Below, in pieces: positions 1 to 9,306 of a stretch of 58,902 nt of DNA. The position numbers and the translations under genes were made by a program. A model generated the notes under the pieces. It did not search any database and had not been told where the DNA came from. It was given only the letters and a program-made list of their open reading frames with translations. Position 1 is the stretch's first letter, and each line of letters begins with the position of its first letter. The stretch covers positions 1 to 58,902 of the forward strand of contig PXBW01000074.1 in NCBI GenBank assembly GCA_003566775.1, in the 5' to 3' direction. The stretch is from a candidate division WS1 bacterium (GTDB lineage: Bacteria; Armatimonadota; Zipacnadia; Zipacnadales; UBA5352).

Positions 1-414
1 ATGGGCAGCACCAATGGCGGCAACCCGATCTCCTCGATCGCGGCACTGACCGCCATCGAGATCGTTGAGGAGGAGGGCCTGGTCGAGAACTCGCGCAGGA
101 TGGGCGAGGTCTTCGAGGCGCGCTTCCTGCAGATGCAGGAGCGCTTCCCGCAGCTTGGCGACGTGCGGGCGCTGGGGCTGATGGGCGGCCTGGAGTTCGT
201 GAAGGACCCCGAGACGAAGGAGCCGGCGCCGGAGCTTACCCGGCAGATCGTCTGGGAGAGCTTCCAGCGCGGCCTGATCATGATCGCCCCGATCGGCCTG
301 TATGACAACGTAATTCGCGTGGCACCGCCGCTGGTGATCACCGAGGAGCAGGCGAACGAGAGCCTCGACATCTTCGAGGAGGCCATCGAGGCCGCCATCG
401 CCGAGGTGGGGTAG
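1..414 (+). CDS. Class III PLP-dependent aminotransferase, C-terminal part (5' truncated by the window edge)
   Basis: STNGGNP motif, GDVRALGLMGGLEFVKD and NVIRVAPPLVIT, typical of the C-terminus of class III aminotransferases. Confidence 0.85.
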   Translation: MGSTNGGNPISSIAALTAIEIVEEEGLVENSRRMGEVFEARFLQMQERFPQLGDVRALGLMGGLEFVKDPETKEPAPELTRQIVWESFQRGLIMIAPIGLYDNVIRVAPPLVITEEQANESLDIFEEAIEAAIAEVG

Positions 415-540
415 AGGACAGATCGAAGGGAAAGGTGTGTCTTCCCTTCTTGCCTGACCGGGTGAGAAGGAAGACCTTCGACTTCTTGTAGGAAGACAGG
501 CCGCGGGCAAATAGAACGCAATTTCTTTTGCTTGCAGGAA

Positions 541-608
541 CTTCTACCCAAAGAAAGTTGTCTCAGAGGATAGAAGCACAAACAAGTGCTGATTTCTTTG
601 GGTAGGAG
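541..608. promoter_or_regulatory. 16-bp inverted repeat overlapping the RBS of the Fic gene
   Basis: CTTCTACCCAAAGAAA (541-556) vs TTTCTTTGGGTAGGAG (593-608), 15/16 complementary, with an inner AGCAC/GTGCT hairpin. Confidence 0.6.
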
Positions 609-617
609 CGCGAGCGG

Positions 618-1802
618 ATGTTTCCGGATCAGTTCGTCGAGACGGCTGCGGGCAGGTCTGTACCGGTCGAACAGGGGCGGTGGGGCTTCGTCCCGCATGG
701 ACCGCCGTGGGATTTCGAGTACAGTTCCGAACTGGTTGCTCTGCTGTCCGAGGCCACGATGAGCCTTGGTGCGCTGGCCGCGACTGCTGAGGTATACTCG
801 GGAGCGCGACTGCTGGTCGCACCCGCGATGCGGATAGAGGCGGTCAGCAGCTCTCGTATTGAGGGCACGCGTACGTCGCTGGAGGAGCTTCTCAGGATCG
901 AGCGCGATCCAGTCGCGGACGAGCCTTCAGAGGACGCCCGCGAGGTCATCAACCATGTGCAGGCTATGGACTGGGGCCTGCGCAACTTGAGGCGAACGGG
1001 CTTCACCTCTCGCTTCATCCAGGCGCTCCATGGAGTGCTGATGAGGGCAATGCGCGGCTCGGTCCTCTCGCCCGGGCAGTATCGCAGCGCTCAGGTGTAC
1101 ATTGGCTCGGGGCAGGGTATGGCTTCGGCGAGTTACATTCCTGCGCCGCCCGGCGAGGTCCCCGGCCTGATGGAGAAGCTCGCGAGCTATCTGCAGCAGC
1201 CGCCTGCTGACGTGCCGCTGCTGGTGCAGGTAGCGCTGGTTCACTGGTTCTTTGAGGCCGTGCATCCGTTCGCCGACGGCAACGGTCGCGTCGGCCGACT
1301 GCTGATGACGCTGACGCTCTGCGCTCGCGATGAACTGCCGGCTCCGGTGCTGTATCTGAGCCCGTTCATCGAGGAACATCGGCAGGAGTACTACGACGGA
1401 CTGCTCGGTGCCAGCCGCGACGGCGATTTCGCGGGATGGATCGCCTTCATCCTACGCGCGGTCTCGGTTCAGTCGAGGTCCGCAAGCGCCACGATCAGGC
1501 GGATCGGCGCGTTGCATGACGAAATGCGCGAGCGCCTTCGCGCCGAGAGCCGATCGGTCAACCTGCTGGCGCTGCTCGATCTGCTATTCGAGAACCCTTT
1601 TGTGAGCGCTCCGCAGGCTGCCAGGCTGATGCAGGTGAGTGATCAGACCGTCCGCAATCTGCTGGACAATCTGCTTGAGGTAGGACTGGTCGAGCAGTTC
1701 GGTGAACGCAGACGCAATCGAGTCTTCTACGCCCCTCGCCTGCTGCGGATGCTGCAGGAGGCGGCGCGGTCAGGGGACAGGATAGACACCCGCATAGAAT
1801 GA
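618..1802 (+). CDS. Fic family protein (class II-like, N-terminal inhibitory helix, C-terminal HTH)
   Basis: Canonical HPFADGNGRVGR motif; SSRIEG matches the (S/T)xxxE(G/N) inhibitory motif; C-terminal wHTH-like region. Confidence 0.92.
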   Translation: MFPDQFVETAAGRSVPVEQGRWGFVPHGPPWDFEYSSELVALLSEATMSLGALAATAEVYSGARLLVAPAMRIEAVSSSRIEGTRTSLEELLRIERDPVADEPSEDAREVINHVQAMDWGLRNLRRTGFTSRFIQALHGVLMRAMRGSVLSPGQYRSAQVYIGSGQGMASASYIPAPPGEVPGLMEKLASYLQQPPADVPLLVQVALVHWFFEAVHPFADGNGRVGRLLMTLTLCARDELPAPVLYLSPFIEEHRQEYYDGLLGASRDGDFAGWIAFILRAVSVQSRSASATIRRIGALHDEMRERLRAESRSVNLLALLDLLFENPFVSAPQAARLMQVSDQTVRNLLDNLLEVGLVEQFGERRRNRVFYAPRLLRMLQEAARSGDRIDTRIE

Positions 1803-2533
1803 GAATTGCGCGTATCTTCGGCATCGCCTTCATCACCGGCTTCTCGGGCGCGATGATGCCCGGGCCGATGCTCGTGCTGGTGATCGGGCAGGTCGGTGCC
1901 CATCAGAGCATGGGGCCGGTCTGGGCCATCGTCGGCGGACACGCGCTGCTTGAGATCATCACCGTCATCCTGCTGATGGTCGGGCTGCGCGAGGTGCTGC
2001 AGCGTCCCGCCCTGCGCGGCGGCATCGGCCTCGTCGGTGGCGCATTTCTCGCTTACATGGGCGTGGACATGATGCTCGGAGCCGAGACGATGACGCTCGA
2101 CCTCGGCGCGACTGGCGCTGGAATGCCGTGGTTCGAACTGATACTTGCCGGCGCTTTCGTCTGCGCCATCAACCCGTACTTCGTCGGCTGGTGGGCGACC
2201 ATCGGCACCGGCCAACTGGCGCACACCGCGCCGTGTAATCTGAAGGAGTATATCTCGTTCTACCTCGGACACGAACTGTCCGATCTCGTCTGGTACGCCA
2301 TCGTCGGCCTGATAGTCATAACGGGCGCGACGTGGCTGTCGCCAACGGTTTACACCTGGCTCATACTGATATGCGGCGCGGCGCTCGTGGTCTTGAGCCT
2401 CTGGTTCATCTGGACCGGAGTGCGCTTCATCTGGCTCGGGGCAGGAGATGAGAGCCAACTGCCTACCGCCGAGATGCTGGAGAAGGCATGCACGGGCGCG
2501 GCCGCAACTGACGCGGATACTGATGAGGAGTGA
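1799..2533 (+). CDS. LysE/RhtB family transporter
   Basis: FSGAMMPGP, GHALLE and NPYFVGWW motifs; about 6 hydrophobic helices; ATGA overlap with the Fic stop. Confidence 0.85.
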   Translation: MRIARIFGIAFITGFSGAMMPGPMLVLVIGQVGAHQSMGPVWAIVGGHALLEIITVILLMVGLREVLQRPALRGGIGLVGGAFLAYMGVDMMLGAETMTLDLGATGAGMPWFELILAGAFVCAINPYFVGWWATIGTGQLAHTAPCNLKEYISFYLGHELSDLVWYAIVGLIVITGATWLSPTVYTWLILICGAALVVLSLWFIWTGVRFIWLGAGDESQLPTAEMLEKACTGAAATDADTDEE

Positions 2534-3426
2534 ATCAACCCATGTCGGACAGACAGTTGCGTATCGGGTTGCCCAAGGGCAGCCTTCAGAACTCGACGAT
2601 CGAGCTTTTCAATAAGGCGGGGTTTGCCGTCACCGTTGACGAGCGCGCTTACTCCCCCGACCTCGGCGATGAGGAGCTTTGGGGCGTACTGCTGCGAGCG
2701 CAGGAACTGCCGCTTTACATCGCCAACGGCGTGCTCGACTGCGGCCTCACCGGATACGACTGGATTCTGGAGCGAGGCGTGGATCTCGTTGAGGTGAGCG
2801 ATCTTATCTACGCGAAGGGCGGCATGCGCCCCTATCGCTGGGTGCTTGCGGTGCACGAGAGTTCGGACATCCAGAGCATTGAGGATCTCGATGGCAAGCG
2901 GATCGCAACGGAGCTTGTGTCGATGGCGAAGCGTCTTCTCGCCGAGCATGGGGTCGAGGCTCAGGTCGAGTTCTCATGGGGCGCGACCGAGGCCAAGTGT
3001 CCTGATCTCGTGGACGCGGTTATCGAGGGCACCGAGACCGGCAGCACGCTGCGCGCGAACAACCTGCGCGTCGTCGAGGTGCTCTTCGAGTCATGCACGA
3101 AGTTCGTTGCCAGCGCGGAAGCGTGGAACGACCCATGGAAGCGCGAGAAGATCGAGAGCATCTCGCTGCTGCTCAACGCGGCGCTCGCAGCCGAGAACAA
3201 GGTCGGTCTGAAGATGAACGCGCGCGAAGAGGACCTTGAGGCGATCCTCGACTGTCTGCCCGCGCTGAAGATGCCGACCGTCTCGCCGCTGGCGAACGGT
3301 GACGAGCAGTGGGTGGCGATAGAGACGATCCTCGACGCGAGTGTCGTGAAGGACCTGATCCCGGCGCTGAAAGCCGCGGGCGCACAGGGCATCATCGAGT
3401 ATCCTCTCACGAAGGTCGTGGTGTGA
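2530..3426 (+). CDS. hisG: ATP phosphoribosyltransferase (long form)
   Basis: LPKGSL, DCGLTGYDW, SWGATE and TETGSTLRAN motifs plus the C-terminal regulatory domain; alternative start ATG 2542. Confidence 0.95.
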   Translation: MNQPMSDRQLRIGLPKGSLQNSTIELFNKAGFAVTVDERAYSPDLGDEELWGVLLRAQELPLYIANGVLDCGLTGYDWILERGVDLVEVSDLIYAKGGMRPYRWVLAVHESSDIQSIEDLDGKRIATELVSMAKRLLAEHGVEAQVEFSWGATEAKCPDLVDAVIEGTETGSTLRANNLRVVEVLFESCTKFVASAEAWNDPWKREKIESISLLLNAALAAENKVGLKMNAREEDLEAILDCLPALKMPTVSPLANGDEQWVAIETILDASVVKDLIPALKAAGAQGIIEYPLTKVVV

Positions 3427-3472
3427 GCGGAGGAATCGGGACGGTCTCGCCGACAGCAGCGCTCTTCAGCGC

Positions 3473-3501
3473 TTGACGGTAGGCAACCGCTTCGTTATAC
3501 T
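3473..3501 (+). promoter_or_regulatory. sigma70-type promoter
   Basis: TTGACG-N17-TATACT upstream of the YjbH-like gene. Confidence 0.65.
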
Positions 3502-3552
3502 GCCCGCAGTTTTCGCATCGTCTGCACGCAATAGACGTTGGAGGTGTTTGAT

Positions 3553-4287
3553 GTGCGCGCACACAGAGTCGCAGCTATCGTCGCAGTAATGCTGGTGATC
3601 AGCACATCGATGGCGTTCGCTCAGGTCTGGGAACCCACCGATCTGTGGCTGCCGGAGAGTGTACTCGAGATCCCCACCGCAAGCTGGTTTGGTACGACAG
3701 GGATGACGGTGATCCCGACAGCCCATGTCCTCGATCACACGGATGTTTCCGTGCATGGCCACTACATCGACTTCTCCGGGACCGATGACTGGGAAGGCGT
3801 TTTCGGCGCAAACGTATGCATCTACCCCGGTCTTGAGGTGGGGGCCACTGTGTGGGAGTCGGGGCTCACCGGCACGGGATCGGATGAGACCACGCTGGAC
3901 ATCAAGTACTCGCTCGACACGCCAAACCTCCTCGATCTCGGGCCCGATGCTCCCCTAATCGCTATCGGGGCGCGTGACATCAGCAATGAGGTAAACCGCG
4001 GGTACTACATTGTCCTGTCGCAGGACTTCACGATGGACGTGGAGAGGGGCCAGACCGTAAGCGCAACTCTCGGTTTCGGCGATTCCGACATCAGCGGATC
4101 GGCGCTCGACGGCTTCTTCGCAGGCATAGACTTCTCTCCGTTCGACTTTGCGCGCATACAGGTCGAGCATGATAGCGACAACCTCAACGCGCAGTTGCGC
4201 TACTGGTGGAGCGAGTGGGCCGTAACTGAGGTAGGCTTCCTCGACGGTGACTTTGGCGCAGGCGTGAGCATATACACCGGCTTCTGA
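3553..4287 (+). CDS. Exported YjbH-like outer-membrane beta-barrel protein
   Basis: Signal peptide (AFA-Q); GTTGMTVIPTA motif; amphipathic beta strands; C-terminal Phe; GGAGGT RBS before GTG 3553. Confidence 0.6.
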   Translation: MRAHRVAAIVAVMLVISTSMAFAQVWEPTDLWLPESVLEIPTASWFGTTGMTVIPTAHVLDHTDVSVHGHYIDFSGTDDWEGVFGANVCIYPGLEVGATVWESGLTGTGSDETTLDIKYSLDTPNLLDLGPDAPLIAIGARDISNEVNRGYYIVLSQDFTMDVERGQTVSATLGFGDSDISGSALDGFFAGIDFSPFDFARIQVEHDSDNLNAQLRYWWSEWAVTEVGFLDGDFGAGVSIYTGF

Positions 4288-4328
4288 TGCGCCGAACACC
4301 CAACCAACATGTCCAAGCATGATCAAGT

Positions 4329-4360
4329 GAAGCCCCGCTCAGGTGAGCGGGGCTTCTTCT
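4329..4360. terminator. Intrinsic terminator between convergent genes
   Basis: 12-bp stem GAAGCCCCGCTC/GAGCGGGGCTTC followed by TTCT. Confidence 0.75.
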
Positions 4361-4403
4361 CGTGGCCGGAATCAACTGCGCGTTACCTCCGCGCCTGTCT
4401 CGC

Positions 4404-5600
4404 TCAGTCGAGCCTGCCGATTGCCTCCACAATCATCTCGACTGCACGCTCACACTCTTCCTCAGTGATTGTCAGGGGTGGCGCGAGACGCAGCAGATTG
4501 GTGCCGATCGCGTTTATCACCAGACCGCCATCCAGCGCTTCTGCCGCGACCTCCGCTGCCCGCTCGACGCCGAGTTCCACCCCCAGCAGAAGCCCTTCGC
4601 CGCGAATGTGATCTATTTCGTGCATATCCTCGGCCAGCGCGTCGAAGCGCTCGGTCAGCAGCGCCCCCATCTCGGCCGCGCGCTCGACCAGGCCCTCGTC
4701 CTCGATGATAGAGACCATTTCGAGCGCAGTGGTGCAGGCGAGATGATTGCCGCCGAAGGTCGATGCGTGATCCCCGGGTTCGAAGGTGGTTGCGACGTCT
4801 CCCTTCGCAAGGCAGGCGCCAATCGGAAAGCCTCCACCGAGCGACTTCGCGAGCGTCATGATGTCCGGTTCAATCCCCCAGTGTTCATGGCCGAACCAGC
4901 GTCCAGTGCGTCCCAGACCGGTCTGCACTTCATCAAGGATCAGCAGGATGCCGCGGTCGTCGCAGAGAGAGCGCACGTCAGCGAGGTAATCCTCGTCGGG
5001 CACATTGATGCCGCCCTCACCCTGGATCGGTTCGAGCATGACCGCGCATACTTTGTCATCGACTGCACCTGTCAGCGCCTCAATGTTGCCGAACTCGACG
5101 TAGCGAAAGCCCGGCGGCAGCGGCAGGAATGACTTCTGATACTTCTCCTGTCCCGTCGCGGTGATTGTGGTCAGTGTTCGACCGTGGAACGACTTGAGCG
5201 CGGTTACGATCGTTCGCTGCCCCGCCGCGAGATTGTGCAACGCCCACTTGCGCGCGAGCTTGATGGCGGCCTCGTTCGCCTCTGCACCCGAGTTGCAGAA
5301 GAAGCTGCGTTCGGCGAAGGATATGTCGGCCAGCTTCCTGGCAAGCCGCGCCTGCGGCTCAATGAAGAAGAGATTGGATGTATGCATGATCCGCCGCGCC
5401 TGCTCGCATATCGTCTTCACGAGCCTCGGATGACTGTGACCGACCCCACAGACCGCGATCCCGGCGACGAAGTCGAGATACTCCTTACCGTCCGCATCCC
5501 ACAGCTTCGCACCCTCGCCTCTTACGAAGGCGATCTCGGGCGGACCATAGGTGGGCATCAGGTAGTCTCGGGCGAGTTCGGCTATCTCGTGGTTGTTCAT
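4404..5600 (-). CDS. argD: Acetylornithine aminotransferase
   Basis: NSGAEANEAAIK, FHGRT, EPIQGEGG, DEVQTG, AKSLGGG and HASTFGGN motifs; located in the arg cluster. Confidence 0.93.
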   Translation of the reverse strand: MNNHEIAELARDYLMPTYGPPEIAFVRGEGAKLWDADGKEYLDFVAGIAVCGVGHSHPRLVKTICEQARRIMHTSNLFFIEPQARLARKLADISFAERSFFCNSGAEANEAAIKLARKWALHNLAAGQRTIVTALKSFHGRTLTTITATGQEKYQKSFLPLPPGFRYVEFGNIEALTGAVDDKVCAVMLEPIQGEGGINVPDEDYLADVRSLCDDRGILLILDEVQTGLGRTGRWFGHEHWGIEPDIMTLAKSLGGGFPIGACLAKGDVATTFEPGDHASTFGGNHLACTTALEMVSIIEDEGLVERAAEMGALLTERFDALAEDMHEIDHIRGEGLLLGVELGVERAAEVAAEALDGGLVINAIGTNLLRLAPPLTITEEECERAVEMIVEAIGRLD

Positions 5601-5640
5601 CTACAATCGTCCCCTCATCTTGACTGCCTTGCTGATGCGA

Positions 5641-6516
5641 TCAATCCGCGACGACCATCGTCCCGATGCCCTGTTCGGAGAACAGTTCGATCAGCAGCGA
5701 GTGCGGGCGCGAGCCGTCGATCATATGCGCGCGCTCGACGCCGCCCTCCACCGCCATAATGCAGCTTTGCATTTTCGGGATCATCCCCGAGCCCACGGCA
5801 TCGGAAGTAAGCATCTCGCGGGCCTCTGTCAGGCTAAGCTCGCTGATCAGGGTCAAAGGATCTTCCCTATCTGCGAGCAGCCCCGGAACATCGCTTAGCG
5901 TGACCAGTTTCTGTGCTTCAAGCTCGACCGCAAGCGCTCCGGCAACGTGATCGGCGTTGATGTTCAGCGGCGCGCCGGAGGTGTCGCGCCCGATCGGCGA
6001 GATGACCGGGATATGTCCCGCGTTGATGAGGTCCAGAATCAGGCGGGGTCGGATTTCGGTGACCTCACCAACGTGGCCGAGGTCGGCCCCGTTCGGCCCT
6101 TCCATCCTGCAGGCTCCGAGGACGCAGCCGTCCCGTCCGGAGATCGCCACCGCCGAAACGCCGGCCGCCTGCACCTGTGAGGCGAGATCCTGTGCGATAG
6201 TGCCGACCAGCACCATCTCCGCGACCTCCATGGTCGCATCATCGGTGACGCGCAGTCCCTCAATGAAGGTCGGCTCGAGGCCGAGGCGCTCCATGACCTC
6301 GCTGATCTTCTTTCCGCCACCGTGTACGATCACCGGCCGCATCCCGACGTAGTGCAGCAACGCGACATCGGCGCAGACGCTGCGCTTGAGTTCATCGTCC
6401 ACCATGGCGGCACCGCCGTACTTCACCACTATGGTGGCGCCCCGAAACTGCTGGATGTAGGGCAGTGCCTCGATGAGGACCTCGGCCCTTGCCTCGATGC
6501 CGTTCTGTTCGCTCAT
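5641..6516 (-). CDS. argB: Acetylglutamate kinase
   Basis: VVKYGGAAM, VHGGG, GLRVTD, NINAD and GMIPK motifs. Confidence 0.95.
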   Translation of the reverse strand: MSEQNGIEARAEVLIEALPYIQQFRGATIVVKYGGAAMVDDELKRSVCADVALLHYVGMRPVIVHGGGKKISEVMERLGLEPTFIEGLRVTDDATMEVAEMVLVGTIAQDLASQVQAAGVSAVAISGRDGCVLGACRMEGPNGADLGHVGEVTEIRPRLILDLINAGHIPVISPIGRDTSGAPLNINADHVAGALAVELEAQKLVTLSDVPGLLADREDPLTLISELSLTEAREMLTSDAVGSGMIPKMQSCIMAVEGGVERAHMIDGSRPHSLLIELFSEQGIGTMVVAD

Positions 6517-6641
6517 GATCTCCGTTCCTCTGCGGCGTGGCGTGTTTGCGGAAGCTGCAATCCCTCAGTAACAGTCACAGGGCAGCGGCTGTTGACTGTC
6601 TCCACGTGCGAAGGTCACCTCGCACGCCCTGGTAATTGCCT

Positions 6642-7847
6642 CTATGCGTTGAGTTCGACAAACTGCGGTGTCATGTCACAGGTCCAGCAGGTCGCGGACT
6701 CGCTTCCTGCACCGAGATCGATCGCGATCTCAAGCTCATCGGCGGTCGCGACCTTCGCGGCCTTCTGCAGATCGTACTGCACTGCCTCACCCGCGGAGAA
6801 TGCCGTGATGCCGCCGATGGCGATCTCCACCTTCGCGGGATCGAGATCCACGCCGGATGCCCCTACCGCGGCGGCGGTTCGTCCCCAGTTGAAGTCGCCG
6901 CCCCACGCGGCGGTCTTAACCAGCGTGTAGTTAGTCACCGCGCGGGCAACGCTGTGGGCATCCTCGTACGTCTTCGCCCCGGTCACATGGACGGTCACGA
7001 ACTTGCTCGAACCCTCGCCATCGCGGGCGATCTTCTGTGCGAGATCCTGCGTGACGAACGTAAGCGCCGCCTGGAAAGCCTCGAAGCCGGGGGAGGCCGG
7101 GCTTTCAATGCGATTCCCACCCGCGGCGCCGTTGGCGAGGAGTATGACCGTATCGTTGGTGCTCATGTCACCGTCAACGGATATACAGTTGAAAGAGAGT
7201 CCGACGGCCTCGCGTAGCGCGATCCGCATCGGCTCAGGATCGATGGCGAGGTCCGTGCAGATGAAGCAGAGCATCGTGGCCATGTTCGGGCAGATCATTC
7301 CCGCGCCCTTGGTCATGCCTCCCAGATGGATCCGCTCCCCGCCTGCGTCAAACTCGACGGCGCACCGCTTGGGGACCGTGTCGGTAGTCATGATGGCGCG
7401 GGCGGCCTCCTCGTCGGCATCTCGGCTGAGTGAGTCGGCGGCGTTGCGGATACCCACTTCGATACAGTCCATCGGCAGTTGAACGCCGATCCGCCCGGTG
7501 GAGCACACGAGTGTCTCCTCCACGGGTACGCCGGTAAGCTCCGCCGCAAGCTCGGCCATGCGTTCTGCGCTCGCGAGGCCCTGTGTGCCGGTGGCAGCGT
7601 TCGCATTGCCGGAGTTTGTGACAACCGTGCGCGCCGAGCCATCGGCGATATGCCGCTCGGTGACGTATGTCGGCGCGGCCCGGAAGCGATTCGTGGTGAT
7701 AGTGGCCGCCGCCGTGGCCGGTCGCAGCGAGTGCAGCATCATCAGGTCGCTCCCCTCAACCTTCACTCCACATGCGACGCCCGCGGCCACGAAGTCCTCA
7801 GCGACCAGCACGCCTCCGTCGATCTGTGTGAACTTCATCATATCCAT
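6642..7847 (-). CDS. argJ: Ornithine acetyltransferase / N-acetylglutamate synthase
   Basis: NSGNANA, IMTTDT, KGAGMICPNMATML (autocleavage Thr), DGDMSTND and DGEG motifs; true start may be 7841. Confidence 0.95.
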   Translation of the reverse strand: MDMMKFTQIDGGVLVAEDFVAAGVACGVKVEGSDLMMLHSLRPATAAATITTNRFRAAPTYVTERHIADGSARTVVTNSGNANAATGTQGLASAERMAELAAELTGVPVEETLVCSTGRIGVQLPMDCIEVGIRNAADSLSRDADEEAARAIMTTDTVPKRCAVEFDAGGERIHLGGMTKGAGMICPNMATMLCFICTDLAIDPEPMRIALREAVGLSFNCISVDGDMSTNDTVILLANGAAGGNRIESPASPGFEAFQAALTFVTQDLAQKIARDGEGSSKFVTVHVTGAKTYEDAHSVARAVTNYTLVKTAAWGGDFNWGRTAAAVGASGVDLDPAKVEIAIGGITAFSAGEAVQYDLQKAAKVATADELEIAIDLGAGSESATCWTCDMTPQFVELNA

Positions 7848-7989
7848 CCCTCACTATCGATTGCGTATCGCCCCGTAGTCCGTCGAGAATACTGCAGCGT
7901 CCTTCTGCGAACCCGAGCAGGCGGAGGTGTCTCAACCCTGTCGGGAAGGGATTGCATCTGTTATGCCAAGGGCACATTGCAGATGGTGT

Positions 7990-9021
7990 TCACGGCCAGT
8001 GCGGATAGCGCACAAGTGCGGTCGCTTCGTCGCAGCCTGTCATGAGGTTCATGCATTGTACCGCCGCGCCCGCGAGACCCTTAATCAGATTATCGATCGC
8101 CGAAACCGCGATCAGCCGCCCGGAAGCCTCATCGATGGTAATACCTACGTGGCAGAAGTTCGTGCCCGACACATGCTTGGTGGCCGGGACGTTTCCGGAA
8201 TCCAGCACACGAACGAAAGTCTCGTTGGCGTAGAAATCGCGATAGATCTCGACGGCCTCGTCAGGCTCGATCTGCCGCGTGAGATCCCCGTAGCAGGTGC
8301 TCAGTATGCCGCGATCCATCGGAATCAGGTGCGGAGTGAAGGTCCCCCCCACCGATGCTCCAGGCGAGGAAAGTTCCTGTGAGATCTCAGGTGTGTGTCT
8401 GTGCTTGGCCACATTGTACGCGGCCACCGATTCGTTGCACTCGGTGTAATGCGTGGTCAGGGACAGTTTACGACCCGCGCCTGATACTCCTGACTTGCTG
8501 TCAACTATAACTTTCGGCTCGATAAGCCCGGCTCTGATGGCTGGAGCCAGAGCGAGGATCGCGCTGGTCGGGTAGCAGCCGGGGACCGCGGTGAGCTGCG
8601 TCTCCACGATCTCATCGCGGTGCAGTTCCGGCAAGCCGTAAACTGCGTCTTCGAGCAGATCCGGCCGTGGATGCTTCTCGTAGTAGCGCTCATAGACCGC
8701 CGGGTCTTTCAGACGGCAGTCCGCGGAGAAGTCGATGACCTTGCAGTCATGCTCGAGCGCCTCTGCCACAGACTCCGCTCCGACCGCATGGGGGAGGCAG
8801 AAGACCATCAGGTCCGCGACCTCCGCGGCGGCGGAGACATCGATCTCCCTCACCTGCATGTCGATCGCCCCGGCGAGGTGCGGATAGAAGTCGGCCAGTT
8901 CCTCGCCCACCGTGGTGTGCCCGCCCAGCCAGGTGATTGCCACTTCAGGATGCTCCAGAAGGATGCGCACCAACTCGATCCCACCGTAGCCTGTTGCGCC
9001 CAAGATTGCCACTCGTGTCAT
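7990..9021 (-). CDS. argC: N-acetyl-gamma-glutamyl-phosphate reductase
   Basis: GATGYGG, PGCYPT, SGVSGAG, HRHTPEI and DNLIKG motifs; ATG 9021 preceded by GAGGTG. Confidence 0.95.
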   Translation of the reverse strand: MTRVAILGATGYGGIELVRILLEHPEVAITWLGGHTTVGEELADFYPHLAGAIDMQVREIDVSAAAEVADLMVFCLPHAVGAESVAEALEHDCKVIDFSADCRLKDPAVYERYYEKHPRPDLLEDAVYGLPELHRDEIVETQLTAVPGCYPTSAILALAPAIRAGLIEPKVIVDSKSGVSGAGRKLSLTTHYTECNESVAAYNVAKHRHTPEISQELSSPGASVGGTFTPHLIPMDRGILSTCYGDLTRQIEPDEAVEIYRDFYANETFVRVLDSGNVPATKHVSGTNFCHVGITIDEASGRLIAVSAIDNLIKGLAGAAVQCMNLMTGCDEATALVRYPHWP

Positions 9022-9125
9022 ACTCAAGCACCTCGGATAGCGTGTCTTTCGTCTCAGGTTTCCGGCGACTTCCCTGGCGAGCCGTCGCCTTGTGCCGAAC
9101 TCTGTCCACTTCACACTCAGATACG

Positions 9126-9152
9126 AAGAAAGCCGCCCCATCGTCGGGCGGC
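9126..9152 (-). terminator. Intrinsic terminator ending the putative ncRNA, upstream of argC
   Basis: Minus strand reads GCCGCCC-gacgatg-GGGCGGC-TTTCTT. Confidence 0.65.
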
Positions 9153-9301
9153 ATCTGTATGCCTGACAGTTCCATAAGCGACCGGTTGTGACCTATCGCC
9201 TGGCGCGAGGTATAATGGGCACCGACCCGATCGTGTCGCAAGAGACAGGCATCTGCTTTACCCCTTGGAGCGGCGGATGAACAATGCAGCTTCGGTAAGC
9301 G
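9126..9301 (-). ncRNA. Putative 6S RNA-like structured RNA (alternatively a cis-regulatory leader of argC)
   Basis: Own promoter and terminator. Hand-folds to a rod with a central bubble (GCUGCAU/AUGCCGC, UCC/GGA, GCCUG/CAGGC, GCGA/UCGC). ACCU...AGGUCACAAC resembles the 3' bubble strand of known 6S RNAs. Confidence 0.55.
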
Positions 9302-9306
9302 TTGTA

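Noticed and set aside
9186-9216. Plus-strand TTGTGA-N19-TATAAT promoter
   Set aside because: The spacer is too long, it lies inside the putative ncRNA, and a better promoter at 9366-9395 serves the downstream gene. Antisense activity is not excluded.
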